Of a stretch of DNA of 64,000 bases, positions 45,569 to 55,893 are shown in pieces. The notes under the pieces were generated by a model. That model had not been told where the DNA came from, did not search any database, and saw nothing but the letters and a program-made list of their open reading frames with translations. Position numbers and translations under genes: made by a program. This DNA is from Candidatus Moraniibacteriota bacterium (GTDB taxonomy: Bacteria > Patescibacteriota > Minisyncoccia > Moranbacterales > UBA2206), in contig JAUSNP010000005.1 of assembly GCA_030645735.1 (NCBI GenBank), positions 72,151 to 136,150 on the forward strand, read 5' to 3'. Within the stretch, counting starts at the first letter, position 1, and each line of letters starts with the position of its first letter.

Positions 45569-46693
45569 ATGAAACCAATCGAAATAGCTAAGAAGTTTGG
45601 TGGCAGAATTGAGGTTAATTCTAAAATTAAATTGACCAAAGAAAATTTGGCGATTTTGTATACCCCTGGCGTGGCGGATGTTTGTCGCGCGATTGCTAAA
45701 AATAAAAAACTTTCTCTGCAGTATACGATTCGCAAAAATTGTGTGGCAGTGGTTTCAGATGGTTCAGCGGTGTTGGGCTTGGGCAATATTGGCCCTGAGG
45801 CGGGTTTGCCGGTGATGGAAGGCAAATCATTGCTGTTCAAAGAATTGGCGGGTGTGGATGCCTTTCCAATCGTGCTGGCCACGCAAGATGTGGAAGAAAT
45901 CATTCGAACGGTGAAGCTTTTGGAACCAACTTTTGGTGGCATCAACTTGGAAGACATTTCTGCGCCACGCTGCTTTGAAATTGAGGAACGCTTGAAAAAA
46001 GAAATGAACATTCCCGTGATGCACGATGATCAACACGGCACCGCTATGGTGGTCTTGGCTGGACTCATCAATGCATTGAAAGTTGCTAAAAAAGAAATCA
46101 AGAAAATTAAAATCGTTATTTCTGGCACAGGTGCGGCTGGCACGGCGATTGCCAAGTTGCTTTTGAAATATGGCGCAAAGAATATTGTGATGGTGGACAC
46201 GCAAGGAATCATTTTTCAGGAACGCGCCGGCGGACTCAATCCTGCCAAGATGGAAATTGCCAAGTTGACCAATCCATACAAATTGCAAGGCACAGTCGAA
46301 GAGGCCTTGATTGGTGCGGATGTGTTCATTGGAGTTTCTGCACCCAACATTTTGCAACACATCCACATTGCTAAAATGAATCCAAGGGCGATTGTATTCG
46401 CCATGTCTAACCCAACGCCAGAAATCATGCCAGAAGAAGCCAAGCGAGGCGGCGCGCTTGTTGTAGCTACGGGTCGTTCTGATTATGCCAATCAATTAAA
46501 TAATGTTCTGGCTTTTCCGGGAATTTTTCGTGGAGCACTCGACAACGGGGTGAAAAAAATCACGGACGCGCACAAATTGAAAGTGGCGCAAGCGATTGCT
46601 GGTTTGATTAAAAAGCCAACTGTTGATAGAATAATACCAGAAGCACTTGATCCGCGAGTAGTGAAAGTTGTTTCGAGGGTATTTAAAAAATAA
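45569..46693 (+). CDS. NAD(P)-dependent malic enzyme
   Basis: YTPGVA, DGSAVLGLGNIGP, NLEDISAPRCF, HDDQHGTA, NNVLAFPGIFRG. Confidence 0.95.
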   Translation: MKPIEIAKKFGGRIEVNSKIKLTKENLAILYTPGVADVCRAIAKNKKLSLQYTIRKNCVAVVSDGSAVLGLGNIGPEAGLPVMEGKSLLFKELAGVDAFPIVLATQDVEEIIRTVKLLEPTFGGINLEDISAPRCFEIEERLKKEMNIPVMHDDQHGTAMVVLAGLINALKVAKKEIKKIKIVISGTGAAGTAIAKLLLKYGAKNIVMVDTQGIIFQERAGGLNPAKMEIAKLTNPYKLQGTVEEALIGADVFIGVSAPNILQHIHIAKMNPRAIVFAMSNPTPEIMPEEAKRGGALVVATGRSDYANQLNNVLAFPGIFRGALDNGVKKITDAHKLKVAQAIAGLIKKPTVDRIIPEALDPRVVKVVSRVFKK

Positions 46694-46699
46694 AAATAA

Positions 46700-46805
46700 A
46701 TATTACAAGATATACAACACAAAACATGTAACATGAAACATGAAACAAGGTATTCCCACAAAGTTATCTTAAAAATGTTACATGTTTCATGCTTCATGTT
46801 GCATG
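46700..46805. repeat. Inverted heptamer-period array (AACATGA / TGTTTCA)
   Basis: AACATGT AACATGA AACATGA AACA ... TGTTACA TGTTTCA TGCTTCA TGTTGCA. Confidence 0.8.
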
Positions 46806-46812
46806 AATAATT

Positions 46813-47253
46813 ATGAAAATACACAAACAAACCATTGAAATAAAAAGCACAACTCAAGTAGAGTTTATTGACATCACCGACAAGGTTTCTGAAGTCATCG
46901 ACAATTCCGGCGTGCGCGAAGGGCAAGCCTTGATTTATTCGCCACACACTTCAGCCAGCATTGTGATCAATCACAACGAGTCAATGCTCATTCAAGATTT
47001 TATGCGCGTGCTCTATCGACTAGTCCCAATCACTGATCGCTATTCGCATGATGTGTTTGAGCTCAATCGTTCGCACAAATCAGATGGACGAAGCAATGGA
47101 CATTCACACTGCAAAAGTATGCTGCTGGGAGTCAGCGAAACTGTTCCAATTGAAAGAGGCAAGATGCTGTTAACAGAAAAACAAAATGTATTTCTAGTTG
47201 AAATGGATGGTTCACGGACGCGAGATGTAATTATTCAAGTTATGGGTTTATAA
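46813..47253 (+). CDS. YjbQ/UPF0047 family protein
   Basis: DITD.V, PHTSASI.IN.NE, NGHSH, EMDGSRTR. Confidence 0.9.
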   Translation: MKIHKQTIEIKSTTQVEFIDITDKVSEVIDNSGVREGQALIYSPHTSASIVINHNESMLIQDFMRVLYRLVPITDRYSHDVFELNRSHKSDGRSNGHSHCKSMLLGVSETVPIERGKMLLTEKQNVFLVEMDGSRTRDVIIQVMGL

Positions 47254-47258
47254 AAAAA

Positions 47259-47879
47259 ATGAGCAAATTGGTTAATGATTTGATGCAGAACGGATATCTC
47301 AAGAGTGATGCAATCATCGAAGCCTTTGAGCGCGTCAATCGAATTGAGTTTGTGCCAGAAGAACTTGAACTTCAGGCCAATGCAGATGTGGCTTTGCCGA
47401 TTGGCTATGGTCAGACAATTTCCCAGCCGTTAGTAGTGGCTTTTATGCTAGAGCTTTTGGAGCCAAAAAAAGGACAAAAAATTATGGATGTTGGTAGTGG
47501 CTCTGGTTGGACCACTGCTCTGTTGTCGGATATCGTCAAACCAGACGGCAAGGTGATTGCTGTTGAGTTGGTCTCAGAGTTATGCGAGTTTGGCAAAAAC
47601 AATGTGGACAAGTTTGGGTTCGTTAAACAAGGCATTGCGCAGTTTCATAATGTGGATGGCAGTCAGGGTTTTCCAGAACAAGCGCCCTATGATCGAATTA
47701 TGGTTTCTGCTGCGGCGATGGATGAGATTCCGCAAGCATTGAAAGATCAGTTGAAAATCGGTGGCAAGATGGTCATTCCAGTCGGTAGTAGTATAATTTA
47801 TATCGAAAAAGAAGGTGAAGATAAATTTTTCAAAGAAGAATTCCCCGGATTCACTTTTGTGCCACTCATTCTTTGTTAG
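47259..47879 (+). CDS. pcm: Protein-L-isoaspartate O-methyltransferase
   Basis: LPIGYGQTISQP, DVGSGSGWT, APYDRI, FVPL. Confidence 0.95.
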   Translation: MSKLVNDLMQNGYLKSDAIIEAFERVNRIEFVPEELELQANADVALPIGYGQTISQPLVVAFMLELLEPKKGQKIMDVGSGSGWTTALLSDIVKPDGKVIAVELVSELCEFGKNNVDKFGFVKQGIAQFHNVDGSQGFPEQAPYDRIMVSAAAMDEIPQALKDQLKIGGKMVIPVGSSIIYIEKEGEDKFFKEEFPGFTFVPLILC

Positions 47880-47910
47880 ACGCTAGTGTATAATCCTAAA
47901 TTGATATGTA

Positions 47911-48918
47911 ATGAAAAAAATAAGCATAGCATTAATCATAATTGCAATCACTGTCAGCAGTGGATTTTTTTATCTACGCTCGCAAATTTATTTTTCGCAC
48001 GGCGCGCAAAATCAGAACAGTCTTTTTGAAATCAAGAAGGGGGAGGGCAGCGCGCAGATTGCCACCAATCTTAAGGAAAAAGGGATTATTTCCGGAAAAG
48101 TTTATTTTTGGTTTTATTTAAAAACAAATAATTTACTCGACAAAATTTATCCGGGTGAATATTTGTTGAATGGCGATATGACAATTCCGGAAGTTGCCGC
48201 AATTATCACCAATCCAAAAAAAGTTTTTGAACAAGTTTTGTTCAAAGAAGGTTGGACGGCGGCGCAAATGGCGGAGCAGCTGCAGGCGCACGGTTTTGAT
48301 GGCCAAGCTTTTTTGGAGATTGTGAATAAGCCATCGCAAGATTTGATTTCTCAATTTAGCGTGCTGTCTGACAAACCAAAATTAGCGTCGTTGGAAGGCT
48401 ATCTTTTCCCTGATACCTATTATTTTGCCAAAGAAGCGACGCCGGAAGGAATTGTGAAAAAGATTTTGAATAACACAGAAATAAAATTTGACAGCAATTT
48501 GCGAGCGGAAATCAAAAAACAAAGCAAAACAATTTTTGATGTTTTGATTATGGCCAGTATCGTTGAGCGAGAAGTGAGTACTGATGCTGACCGCGCGCTG
48601 GTGAGTGGGCTCTTTTGGAATCGTCTGAAGATTGGGCAAGCATTGCAAAGTGATGCGACCCTGACATATATTTTTGGTGACAAAGAGGGTGCACACAGTT
48701 TGGCGCAAACCAAAACTGATTCGCCCTACAACACTTATGCCAATCCAGGTTTGCCAATCGGACCAGTTTCCAACCCAGGACTTTCAGCCATCAAAGCCAC
48801 GATTTATCCCAAAGATTCACAATACAACTATTTCTTGAGCGATCCCAAGACTGGCCAAACCATTTTCTCAGCAACTTTTCCCGAGCATGTGGCCAACAAA
48901 AATAAATACGGATTATAA
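47911..48918 (+). CDS. mltG: Endolytic transglycosylase MltG
   Basis: LEGYLFPDTY, ASIVERE, LQSDAT, SPYNTY..PGLP.GP..NPG. Confidence 0.95.
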   Translation: MKKISIALIIIAITVSSGFFYLRSQIYFSHGAQNQNSLFEIKKGEGSAQIATNLKEKGIISGKVYFWFYLKTNNLLDKIYPGEYLLNGDMTIPEVAAIITNPKKVFEQVLFKEGWTAAQMAEQLQAHGFDGQAFLEIVNKPSQDLISQFSVLSDKPKLASLEGYLFPDTYYFAKEATPEGIVKKILNNTEIKFDSNLRAEIKKQSKTIFDVLIMASIVEREVSTDADRALVSGLFWNRLKIGQALQSDATLTYIFGDKEGAHSLAQTKTDSPYNTYANPGLPIGPVSNPGLSAIKATIYPKDSQYNYFLSDPKTGQTIFSATFPEHVANKNKYGL

Positions 48919-49154
48919 TTTCAGCTGAACAATTTTACATACAAAATCCCCTTCGAAAAGATGGGGATTTTTGGCTTAAAATAGGAAAAATGCAATACTA
49001 CTAGAGTAGCAGATAAATTTATACTTGCTTTGATATGCGAATCTGTGCTATAATATAAAATCATCAGAAATCTGATGTTGAAGTTGTAACTGTAACTTGA
49101 CAATTTATGTGCGGTGAGCTTTTTTGGCTATAAAACCAATGCAGGAGAGGAAAA

Positions 49155-50060
49155 ATGGCGCATGTAACTCGGCAGTTGATAAGAGGTATCAAGTTAGGCG
49201 ATAAACTATCTATAAATCAGCATAACCAAGAAGGTGGTAGTCCATATGCCTTGCCTGATATGTTACGCAAGGCTTATCTGGATGCGGGCTATGGGGATTT
49301 GCCAACCAATCGAGATGAGGCAGTTGATCGGGGGGCAAAAACATGGAATGGAGCGCAGGTAGCCATTAATAAACTGGCTGTTGTAGACGGTGTAATTCAC
49401 GGGAATTTGGTGACTTTACCCTGGATGTACTCCCAGGCGATGAACGATTTGTACAACATGCGTATGCCCAACACTTTGTTGGCTCGCATAAGTCCAAATT
49501 TTCTCCACGTATCGCTCTTGGCGCAGGTTATGTACAAGGGAGCGTTGTGCCTGGTAGGGCAGGTTCGCGGAGATGTCATCGGTAAAGGTGAATTGCAAAC
49601 AGCATTATGTGCTGGGAGCATGAACAAGGCGTGTGCCATTGCCGGTGACGACATGATTATACAGGGACTGGAAGATAATCTGATGCGTGAAATCGGACTC
49701 AATCTCGGCTGTCTCAATATCAAGCCGGGAAAGATTCTCTTTCATGAACCAGAAGTCGGCCGCGTCAATCTGGCCAGTGTGTCAGAAGTATATGACTTCG
49801 AGCATGTAAGGATGGTTTTTCAAGCCCATCATGACTCTATGGTCACTAGTGGCAGCAAGCCGGAATGTGCTAGGCTGGCACTAATACCGGTAGCGACTGA
49901 TCCGTTTAATGTGGTTTGCGACAATGGCGACTCGCGGAGATATGTTGCGAAAGCCATTGAATTTTACGACCCGATAACAAAGGATTTCGGGGTTGCGGAT
50001 TTTCTTTGCCGATATCTCACGCAGGCAGTTATAGATCATCTGATCGAAGCTGACCTGTAG
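49155..50060 (+). CDS. Hypothetical protein, possibly degenerate NUDIX fold
   Basis: 301-aa orphan with SD GGAGAGG; AGSM...LEDNLMREIGL resembles a decayed Nudix box. Confidence 0.6.
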   Translation: MAHVTRQLIRGIKLGDKLSINQHNQEGGSPYALPDMLRKAYLDAGYGDLPTNRDEAVDRGAKTWNGAQVAINKLAVVDGVIHGNLVTLPWMYSQAMNDLYNMRMPNTLLARISPNFLHVSLLAQVMYKGALCLVGQVRGDVIGKGELQTALCAGSMNKACAIAGDDMIIQGLEDNLMREIGLNLGCLNIKPGKILFHEPEVGRVNLASVSEVYDFEHVRMVFQAHHDSMVTSGSKPECARLALIPVATDPFNVVCDNGDSRRYVAKAIEFYDPITKDFGVADFLCRYLTQAVIDHLIEADL

Positions 50061-50083
50061 TGCAGTAGCTATGTTTTCGTGTT

Positions 50084-50130
50084 AATCCTCCTGGTTTACG
50101 GTATTCCGTAAATCAGGAGGATTTTTTTTA
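50084..50130 (+). terminator. Intrinsic terminator
   Basis: AATCCTCCTGGTTTACGG-TATT-CCGTAAATCAGGAGGATT followed by a T-run. Confidence 0.85.
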
Positions 50131-50202
50131 TTTCAAATTGGATATACTTTATAATTTGAGAAAATAGTGAGCTCGGTTTTTTAAATTTTTTTAATAAAAA
50201 AA

Positions 50203-51066
50203 CTAGCCAAGTATGGCTATAAAAATAACTCCGGCTACCATTATGGCAGAACCAAGCAATCTTTCCTTGAGTCCTTTTTCTTTGAAAATTAGTCCGCCCA
50301 TAAAAACAGTCATAACAACGCCCAGTCTTTTGATGGCGATTACATAGGCAACCAGAGTCATGCTGATAGCAACCATTTGAAGGGATATGGCAACGGCAGT
50401 GAATGAGCCCATAATCGAAATGGTTTTGAAATTTTTGATGAAATATTGTTTGTTTATTTTTTTATAAACAAAAGGCAACAAAAATACAGCCGTGGCCATG
50501 TTGAGAGCGAAAACCCAAAAAAGCGGATAGGAAGCTTTGACTCCAATTTTGTCGATGCTGGAAGTTATGCTCCAGACAAAAGCAACAAAAAGCATCAGGC
50601 GCGGACCTTCATTTTTTAACAAAGCCTTGAATGGCGCCGTCCAATGTTCATGGCGCATTTCAATGTTCAGGACATAAGAGCCGAATGTGATGAGTAGCAC
50701 GCCAAAAAATCCGAAAGCATTGGGAAATTCTCCAGTTATTAGTGGCGATATTCCCAGTAGAAAAAGCGGAGTGAAAGTTGACATCGGCGCCACCAGGGAA
50801 ATGTCGGATTTTTTCAAGGCTCGTGTGGCCGTAGTAGCTGTCACGACGCTAAGAATGCCACCTATGATTAGGAAAATAATAAATTCTTGTTTGATTTCAG
50901 GGAAACCTAAAAAAATAATCACAGGCAAAAGTAATATTGTTGCAACAGAACTGCTTCCCCAAATAAGGGAGTATCCACTCTCTTCAGGATCGCGCAGTTT
51001 GCCTTTGAAAAAAACCTCCCGAAAGGAGACAATGACTGCTGTTGCAAAGGCAAATACGAACCACAT
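50203..51066 (-). CDS. EamA/DMT family transporter
   Basis: Ten TM segments; ALKKSDISLVAP, FKEK...ERLLG. Confidence 0.88.
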   Translation of the reverse strand: MWFVFAFATAVIVSFREVFFKGKLRDPEESGYSLIWGSSSVATILLLPVIIFLGFPEIKQEFIIFLIIGGILSVVTATTATRALKKSDISLVAPMSTFTPLFLLGISPLITGEFPNAFGFFGVLLITFGSYVLNIEMRHEHWTAPFKALLKNEGPRLMLFVAFVWSITSSIDKIGVKASYPLFWVFALNMATAVFLLPFVYKKINKQYFIKNFKTISIMGSFTAVAISLQMVAISMTLVAYVIAIKRLGVVMTVFMGGLIFKEKGLKERLLGSAIMVAGVIFIAILG

Positions 51067-51205
51067 AAATGTTTTTTTAAATACATATTTATATTAAGAC
51101 ACTTCGGTATAATTCACAAGGAATTTTGTTGAATCACGCAAGTCCTTGACAAACACATCCATTGTGTGGTAATATGGTTTGAACTAAAAAATATAACATT
51201 TACAT

Positions 51206-52264
51206 ATGAAAAAAGGCAACAAATCAAGCGAAAACACAACAAAAGGCTCAATGCCGAGCTTCTTTGAATTGGCCAATTCTTTGTTGGCAAATTTGCCACA
51301 ACGATCACAAGAAATTGTGAAAAAGCGCTTTGGCTTGGTGGATGGCCGAGCGGAAACTCTGGAAAAAATCGGTCAAGACTATGACATCACTCGTGAGCGA
51401 GTGCGTCAAATTATTGCAGATGCGATCAAGAAGATTTCCAAATATTCTGATATGGAAGCTTTTCGTGAGGCGGAAGAGAAAATAGTTTTTGCAATCAGTC
51501 AAAGAGATGGTATAATAAATGAAGAAAAGTTGATTGAGGATTTGGGTTTCGACCATCCAGGCGAAGCTAACTCAGTTGTATTTTTTGCGGTTTGTTCAAA
51601 CAAGATTATTGAAATTGAAGAAAAAGGATCTTTGAAAAAATCACGCGCTCTTTCCAATGATATTTTGATCAAGGTGGCAGATACGGCTGAAGCAGCCAAA
51701 CATGTTTTGACTGCCGCAGGAACCCCGCTGACTGATGATGAAATCGCACATGAAATTGGCAAGAAAAAAGGTGAATTGAGCAAGAGCGAGATCTTGAATT
51801 TCTTGAGCATTCTTTCAAACATTTCAAAAAATAAATTTGGCAAATGGGGTTTCACCAATTGGATGGAAATCAATCCAAAAGGAACTCGCGAGCGAATTTA
51901 TTTGGTTTTGAAAGAACACAAAAAATCTTTGCATTTCACGGAAATCGCCAAAATTATTGATGATTTGGGAATCAGCAAGAGGAAGTCTCACCCACAAACA
52001 GTCCACAATGAATTGATCAAGGATGATAGATTTGTGTTGATTGGCCGAGGGACTTATGCCTTGCGTGAATGGGGATATTCTCCAGGTGCCATCAAGGATG
52101 TTTTGGAAGATATTTTGAAAAAGAGCGGACGACATATGAGCAAGGATGAGATTCTGGAAGAAGTGGCAAAATTGCGCAAGGTCAAAAAAACAACTGTGAT
52201 GATAAACTTGAATAACAACGCTAAATTTGAAAAACACGGTGACAAATATGCTTGGAAAGCATAA
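51206..52264 (+). CDS. Sigma-70 region 4 HTH protein with C-terminal winged-helix (HARE-HTH/RpoE-like) domains
   Basis: RFGL....TLEKIGQDYDITRERVRQI; LHFTEIA...TVHNELIKDDRFVLIGRGTYALREWG. Confidence 0.8.
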   Translation: MKKGNKSSENTTKGSMPSFFELANSLLANLPQRSQEIVKKRFGLVDGRAETLEKIGQDYDITRERVRQIIADAIKKISKYSDMEAFREAEEKIVFAISQRDGIINEEKLIEDLGFDHPGEANSVVFFAVCSNKIIEIEEKGSLKKSRALSNDILIKVADTAEAAKHVLTAAGTPLTDDEIAHEIGKKKGELSKSEILNFLSILSNISKNKFGKWGFTNWMEINPKGTRERIYLVLKEHKKSLHFTEIAKIIDDLGISKRKSHPQTVHNELIKDDRFVLIGRGTYALREWGYSPGAIKDVLEDILKKSGRHMSKDEILEEVAKLRKVKKTTVMINLNNNAKFEKHGDKYAWKA

Positions 52265-52327
52265 TTGCAATCACCAAATCTTTGTATAAGCACAAAAAAA
52301 TAAAAAAAAGTTAATTTGCAACGACAA

Positions 52328-53569
52328 ATGACTGAACAAATTGAAATCATAAAAAGCATCCTGCAACCACTTGCCCAATTTTGGTGGCTAATATTGCCGG
52401 TACTTTTTTATTATGTCTTTTATCTGATTTGGATGGATTTTGTGATGGATAATTGGTCAGGTAAACAAGAGTGGACAATTATTGAACTTATTCCACCTAA
52501 GGACTTAGAGAAAGGCCCTAAACCGATGGAGTCTGTGTATCATGGCTTGATGGGTTCAGTAAAGAGTTATCATGCAGTAGAGGAATTTGTCTATGGTATG
52601 GATACAGACAAATTCAGTTTTGAGCTGGTTGGTTTGGGCGGAGAAGTCCATTTTTATGTCAGGGTGCAGAAATATCTGCGAGTCTTTTTGGAATCGCAAA
52701 TTTATGCTCAATATCCGGGAATTGAAATTTTAGAAGTGCCAGATTATATGGATAATTTTCCAAAGATTGCGCCGAATCGCGATTGGAAAGTGTGGGGATC
52801 AGATTTGATTTTAGTTGCTGATGATGCGATTCCAATCAGAACTTATGACAAATTTGAAGAAGATATCACCGGCACTATGATTGATCCGTTGGCTGCTTAT
52901 ATCGAGCTCTTTGCTTCTTTGCCACCTGGACAAAATATTCTATTGCAACATATCGTAAAACCTTTACCCGAAGCTTGGATAAAAAAAGAGAGAAAAAAAT
53001 TGATAGATAAATTGGCTGGCCGAACATCCTCTTCATCAAAAAGTGTTTGGCAACATTTTCTGGAAGTGTTTGTTTATATGCCAGCTGGCTTGCTGGGCTT
53101 AGTGGAATTTCCAACAGAGACCAAGAAAGAACAACAGCCCCTAGCCTTCCGTTTGACTCCAGGTGAACAAGAGCAATTGAAAGCCATCGAAGAAAATATG
53201 GGTAAAACCATGTATAAAGTGAAAATACGCTTTGTGTGTATTGGAAAGAAAGAAGGATTCGACATGGCCAATGTTGGCGGATTTTTTGGTGTGATGCGTC
53301 AATTCGGTGATTTAAATTTGAATACTCTCAAACCGGATAAAACCAAAACTTCAGCCTATTTCATCAATATAGAGGCCAGAGGTTTAGCGATGAAGAGAAG
53401 GTTGCTGAATCGTTATCGCAAGAGAAATACGGATGGTAACAATGTGATTCTTTCGTCCTCAGAATTGGCAACTTTGTATCATATTCCCGATATGGGAGTT
53501 ATGACGCCAGCTTTGCCAAGAGTTGAATCTAAAAAGGGCACGGCGCCTTCTAATTTGCCTATCGGGTGA
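52328..53569 (+). CDS. Conserved hypothetical membrane-anchored protein preceding the ATPase
   Basis: N-terminal TM; SFEL, QIYAQYP, LSSSELATLYHIP, APSNLP. Confidence 0.75.
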   Translation: MTEQIEIIKSILQPLAQFWWLILPVLFYYVFYLIWMDFVMDNWSGKQEWTIIELIPPKDLEKGPKPMESVYHGLMGSVKSYHAVEEFVYGMDTDKFSFELVGLGGEVHFYVRVQKYLRVFLESQIYAQYPGIEILEVPDYMDNFPKIAPNRDWKVWGSDLILVADDAIPIRTYDKFEEDITGTMIDPLAAYIELFASLPPGQNILLQHIVKPLPEAWIKKERKKLIDKLAGRTSSSSKSVWQHFLEVFVYMPAGLLGLVEFPTETKKEQQPLAFRLTPGEQEQLKAIEENMGKTMYKVKIRFVCIGKKEGFDMANVGGFFGVMRQFGDLNLNTLKPDKTKTSAYFINIEARGLAMKRRLLNRYRKRNTDGNNVILSSSELATLYHIPDMGVMTPALPRVESKKGTAPSNLPIG

Positions 53570-53574
53570 TGATA

Positions 53575-53672
53575 TAAATCGCAAATCAATCACGAATCTT
53601 TCCCGAATGATCACGAATGAAATCTGAAAAATTAGAGATTATTAGAGTTTAATTAGTGTAATATTAGAGATT
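53575..53672. repeat. Inverted ~12-bp-period array
   Basis: CGCAAAT/CACGAAT/CCCGAAT/CACGAAT left arm; ATTAGAG/ATTAGAG/ATTAGTG/ATTAGAG right arm. Confidence 0.7.
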
Positions 53673-53681
53673 TATAACATC

Positions 53682-55664
53682 ATGCCAGAAATAAATTTTT
53701 TTGCTAAAACTAATTTCAGAAATCAGGAAGTGAGCTTCGGTATCAAGCGCGATGATCGAAGGCGGCACATGTATGTGATTGGAAAGACTGGAATGGGAAA
53801 ATCTAATCTTTTGGAGAATATGGCTATTCAGGATATTCGCAATGGCGAAGGTGTTTGTGTAGTTGATCCGCACGGTGAGTTTGCGGAAAAGATGTTGCAA
53901 GCAGTGCCAGCGGAGCGCATCAACGATGTAGTCTATTTCAATCCGTCGGATGCGGAATTTCCAATCGCTTTCAACATTTTGGAATCAGTGGCGGATGATA
54001 AGAAAAATCTCGTGGCTTCCGGTATGATGGGCGTGTTCAAAAAGATTTGGCCGGATGTGTGGAGCGCTCGAATGGAATATATTTTGAGCAATACAATTTT
54101 GGCACTTTTGGATTTTCCGGGTTCAACTATGCTGGGAGTGAATCGCATGATGTCTGACAAAGATTTTAGAAAACGAGTCTATCCAAAAATCAAAGATCCA
54201 GTGGTAAAATCTTTTTGGCTCAATGAGTTTGACAAGTGGGAGGATAAGTTTCGAAAAGAAGCGGTGGCAGCTATTCAAAACAAAGTCGGACAGTTTTTAT
54301 CTTCTTCAGTCATTCGCCATATTGTGGGGCAACCAAAATCGACCATTGATATGCGTGACATTATGGACAATCAAAAAATCTTGATTGTGAATTTGTCCAA
54401 AGGTCGGATTGGTGAAGACTCGATGCGACTTTTGGGTGGAATGCTGATCACAAAAATTCAGTTGGCAGCTATGAGTCGTGTAGATATGCCAGAGGAAGAC
54501 AGAGTAGATTTTTATTTATATGTGGATGAATTCCAAAACTTTGCCACAGAATCTTTTGCTAACATTTTGTCTGAAGCCAGAAAATATAAATTGAATCTGA
54601 TTTTGGCGCATCAATATATCAATCAGTTGATTTTTGATGGCAATGCCACGGTGCGTGACGCTGTGTTTGGCAATGTGGGAACGATTGTGTCTTTCCGTGT
54701 GGGCGCGGAAGATGCGGAAGCCTTGGAGAAGGAATTTGAGCCAGTTTTCATGATGAATGATATTGTGAATCTTTCTAAATATCACATCTATCTGAAATTG
54801 ATGATTGATGGCGTGGCAGGGGATGCTTTTTCAGCCACAACTTTGCCTCCACTTGATCTGACTGGAACAAGTGGCAATGAAGAAAAAATTATTCGCGTGA
54901 CACGGGAGAAATGTGGCCGGCCAAAAAGTGAGGTGGAGGATCGCATTGCTCGCTGGAGTGGTATGGAAGTTTTCAAAGAAGCACCCGCTGGTGGACAAGA
55001 AGAGGCTGATGATATGGATTCAGAATTGTATGAAGGACCAAGCGTGACAATTGAACCGCCTCCAGCTTCAACCCCAACGCTTATTTTTAGACCAACCAAT
55101 CCGCCGGTTGAGTCACCAGTTATTCGACCAGTAGTGACTCCAGTAGCAAGACCAATCGCTGTGCCTGTCGCTCAAAAGTCAGTAGCTCCGGTAGCAAAGA
55201 CTGTTGTGCAAACAGCAGTGTCTGCCACAATGCAAAAAATTGAATCGGCATTGAGTCAACCATCTGCACCAGCTGAGGTTGCAGTTGAAAAACCAAAGGA
55301 AATGTATTCAACTATTTGCGCGACTTGTGAAGAAATAATTACGGTGCCGTTCAAACCAGATCCCGCCCGTCCAGCTTTTTGTCGAGAGTGCTTGAAAGAG
55401 CATCAGCGCATGATGGCCAGAAAGAAAAATGAATTGGCGGAACAACAAGCTCCAGCAGTGCGAGTGAATCCAATTGTGGCTAAGATTGAACCAGAAAAAA
55501 ACATTGCGCCAGAATCACAGCGAGTGGTGCATGCTCCGCAAGACAAGCCGATGAGCCTGTCTCAAATGTCTCACATTGCTCCCAAAGCTTTCCGTTCACA
55601 AAAGCAAAAGCCAGACCTGGGCGCAATCCGAAGCATCATTCAGGAGGCTAGAACTGAGAAATAG
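53682..55664 (+). CDS. VirD4/TraG/HerA-like P-loop ATPase with Pro-rich linker and C-terminal CxxC-x17-CxxC zinc ribbon
   Basis: HMYVIGKTGMGKS, DPHGE, YVDEFQNF, SEARKY, AHQY; CATC...PFKPDPARPAFCREC. Confidence 0.88.
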   Translation: MPEINFFAKTNFRNQEVSFGIKRDDRRRHMYVIGKTGMGKSNLLENMAIQDIRNGEGVCVVDPHGEFAEKMLQAVPAERINDVVYFNPSDAEFPIAFNILESVADDKKNLVASGMMGVFKKIWPDVWSARMEYILSNTILALLDFPGSTMLGVNRMMSDKDFRKRVYPKIKDPVVKSFWLNEFDKWEDKFRKEAVAAIQNKVGQFLSSSVIRHIVGQPKSTIDMRDIMDNQKILIVNLSKGRIGEDSMRLLGGMLITKIQLAAMSRVDMPEEDRVDFYLYVDEFQNFATESFANILSEARKYKLNLILAHQYINQLIFDGNATVRDAVFGNVGTIVSFRVGAEDAEALEKEFEPVFMMNDIVNLSKYHIYLKLMIDGVAGDAFSATTLPPLDLTGTSGNEEKIIRVTREKCGRPKSEVEDRIARWSGMEVFKEAPAGGQEEADDMDSELYEGPSVTIEPPPASTPTLIFRPTNPPVESPVIRPVVTPVARPIAVPVAQKSVAPVAKTVVQTAVSATMQKIESALSQPSAPAEVAVEKPKEMYSTICATCEEIITVPFKPDPARPAFCRECLKEHQRMMARKKNELAEQQAPAVRVNPIVAKIEPEKNIAPESQRVVHAPQDKPMSLSQMSHIAPKAFRSQKQKPDLGAIRSIIQEARTEK

Positions 55665-55893
55665 TAAAAATGTTGCTTGTATAACTCAAAAACCCTGCAC
55701 TGGCAGGGTTTTTGGCTTAAATAGGTCGTATTATCGCCGTGACCTTGACTTTTATATTAAAATGTGCTAGTATTCACAATTAGTACATTAACAACCACCA
55801 CCTATGTGGCAATAAGCAGATTAGGCTCGACCTAGTCTTTTTGTTGCCACAGTTGGGTGGTTAGAAGTTAAAAAGATATTTTAGGAGAGAAAG

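Noticed and set aside
45827-46495. 222-aa antisense ORF and the many other short overlapping ORFs in the track
   Set aside because: They are shadow frames of well-supported genes and have no recognisable motifs
53682-55664. Conjugative element or ICE
   Set aside because: A lone VirD4-like ATPase with core-like codon usage, without relaxase, VirB genes, integrase or boundaries
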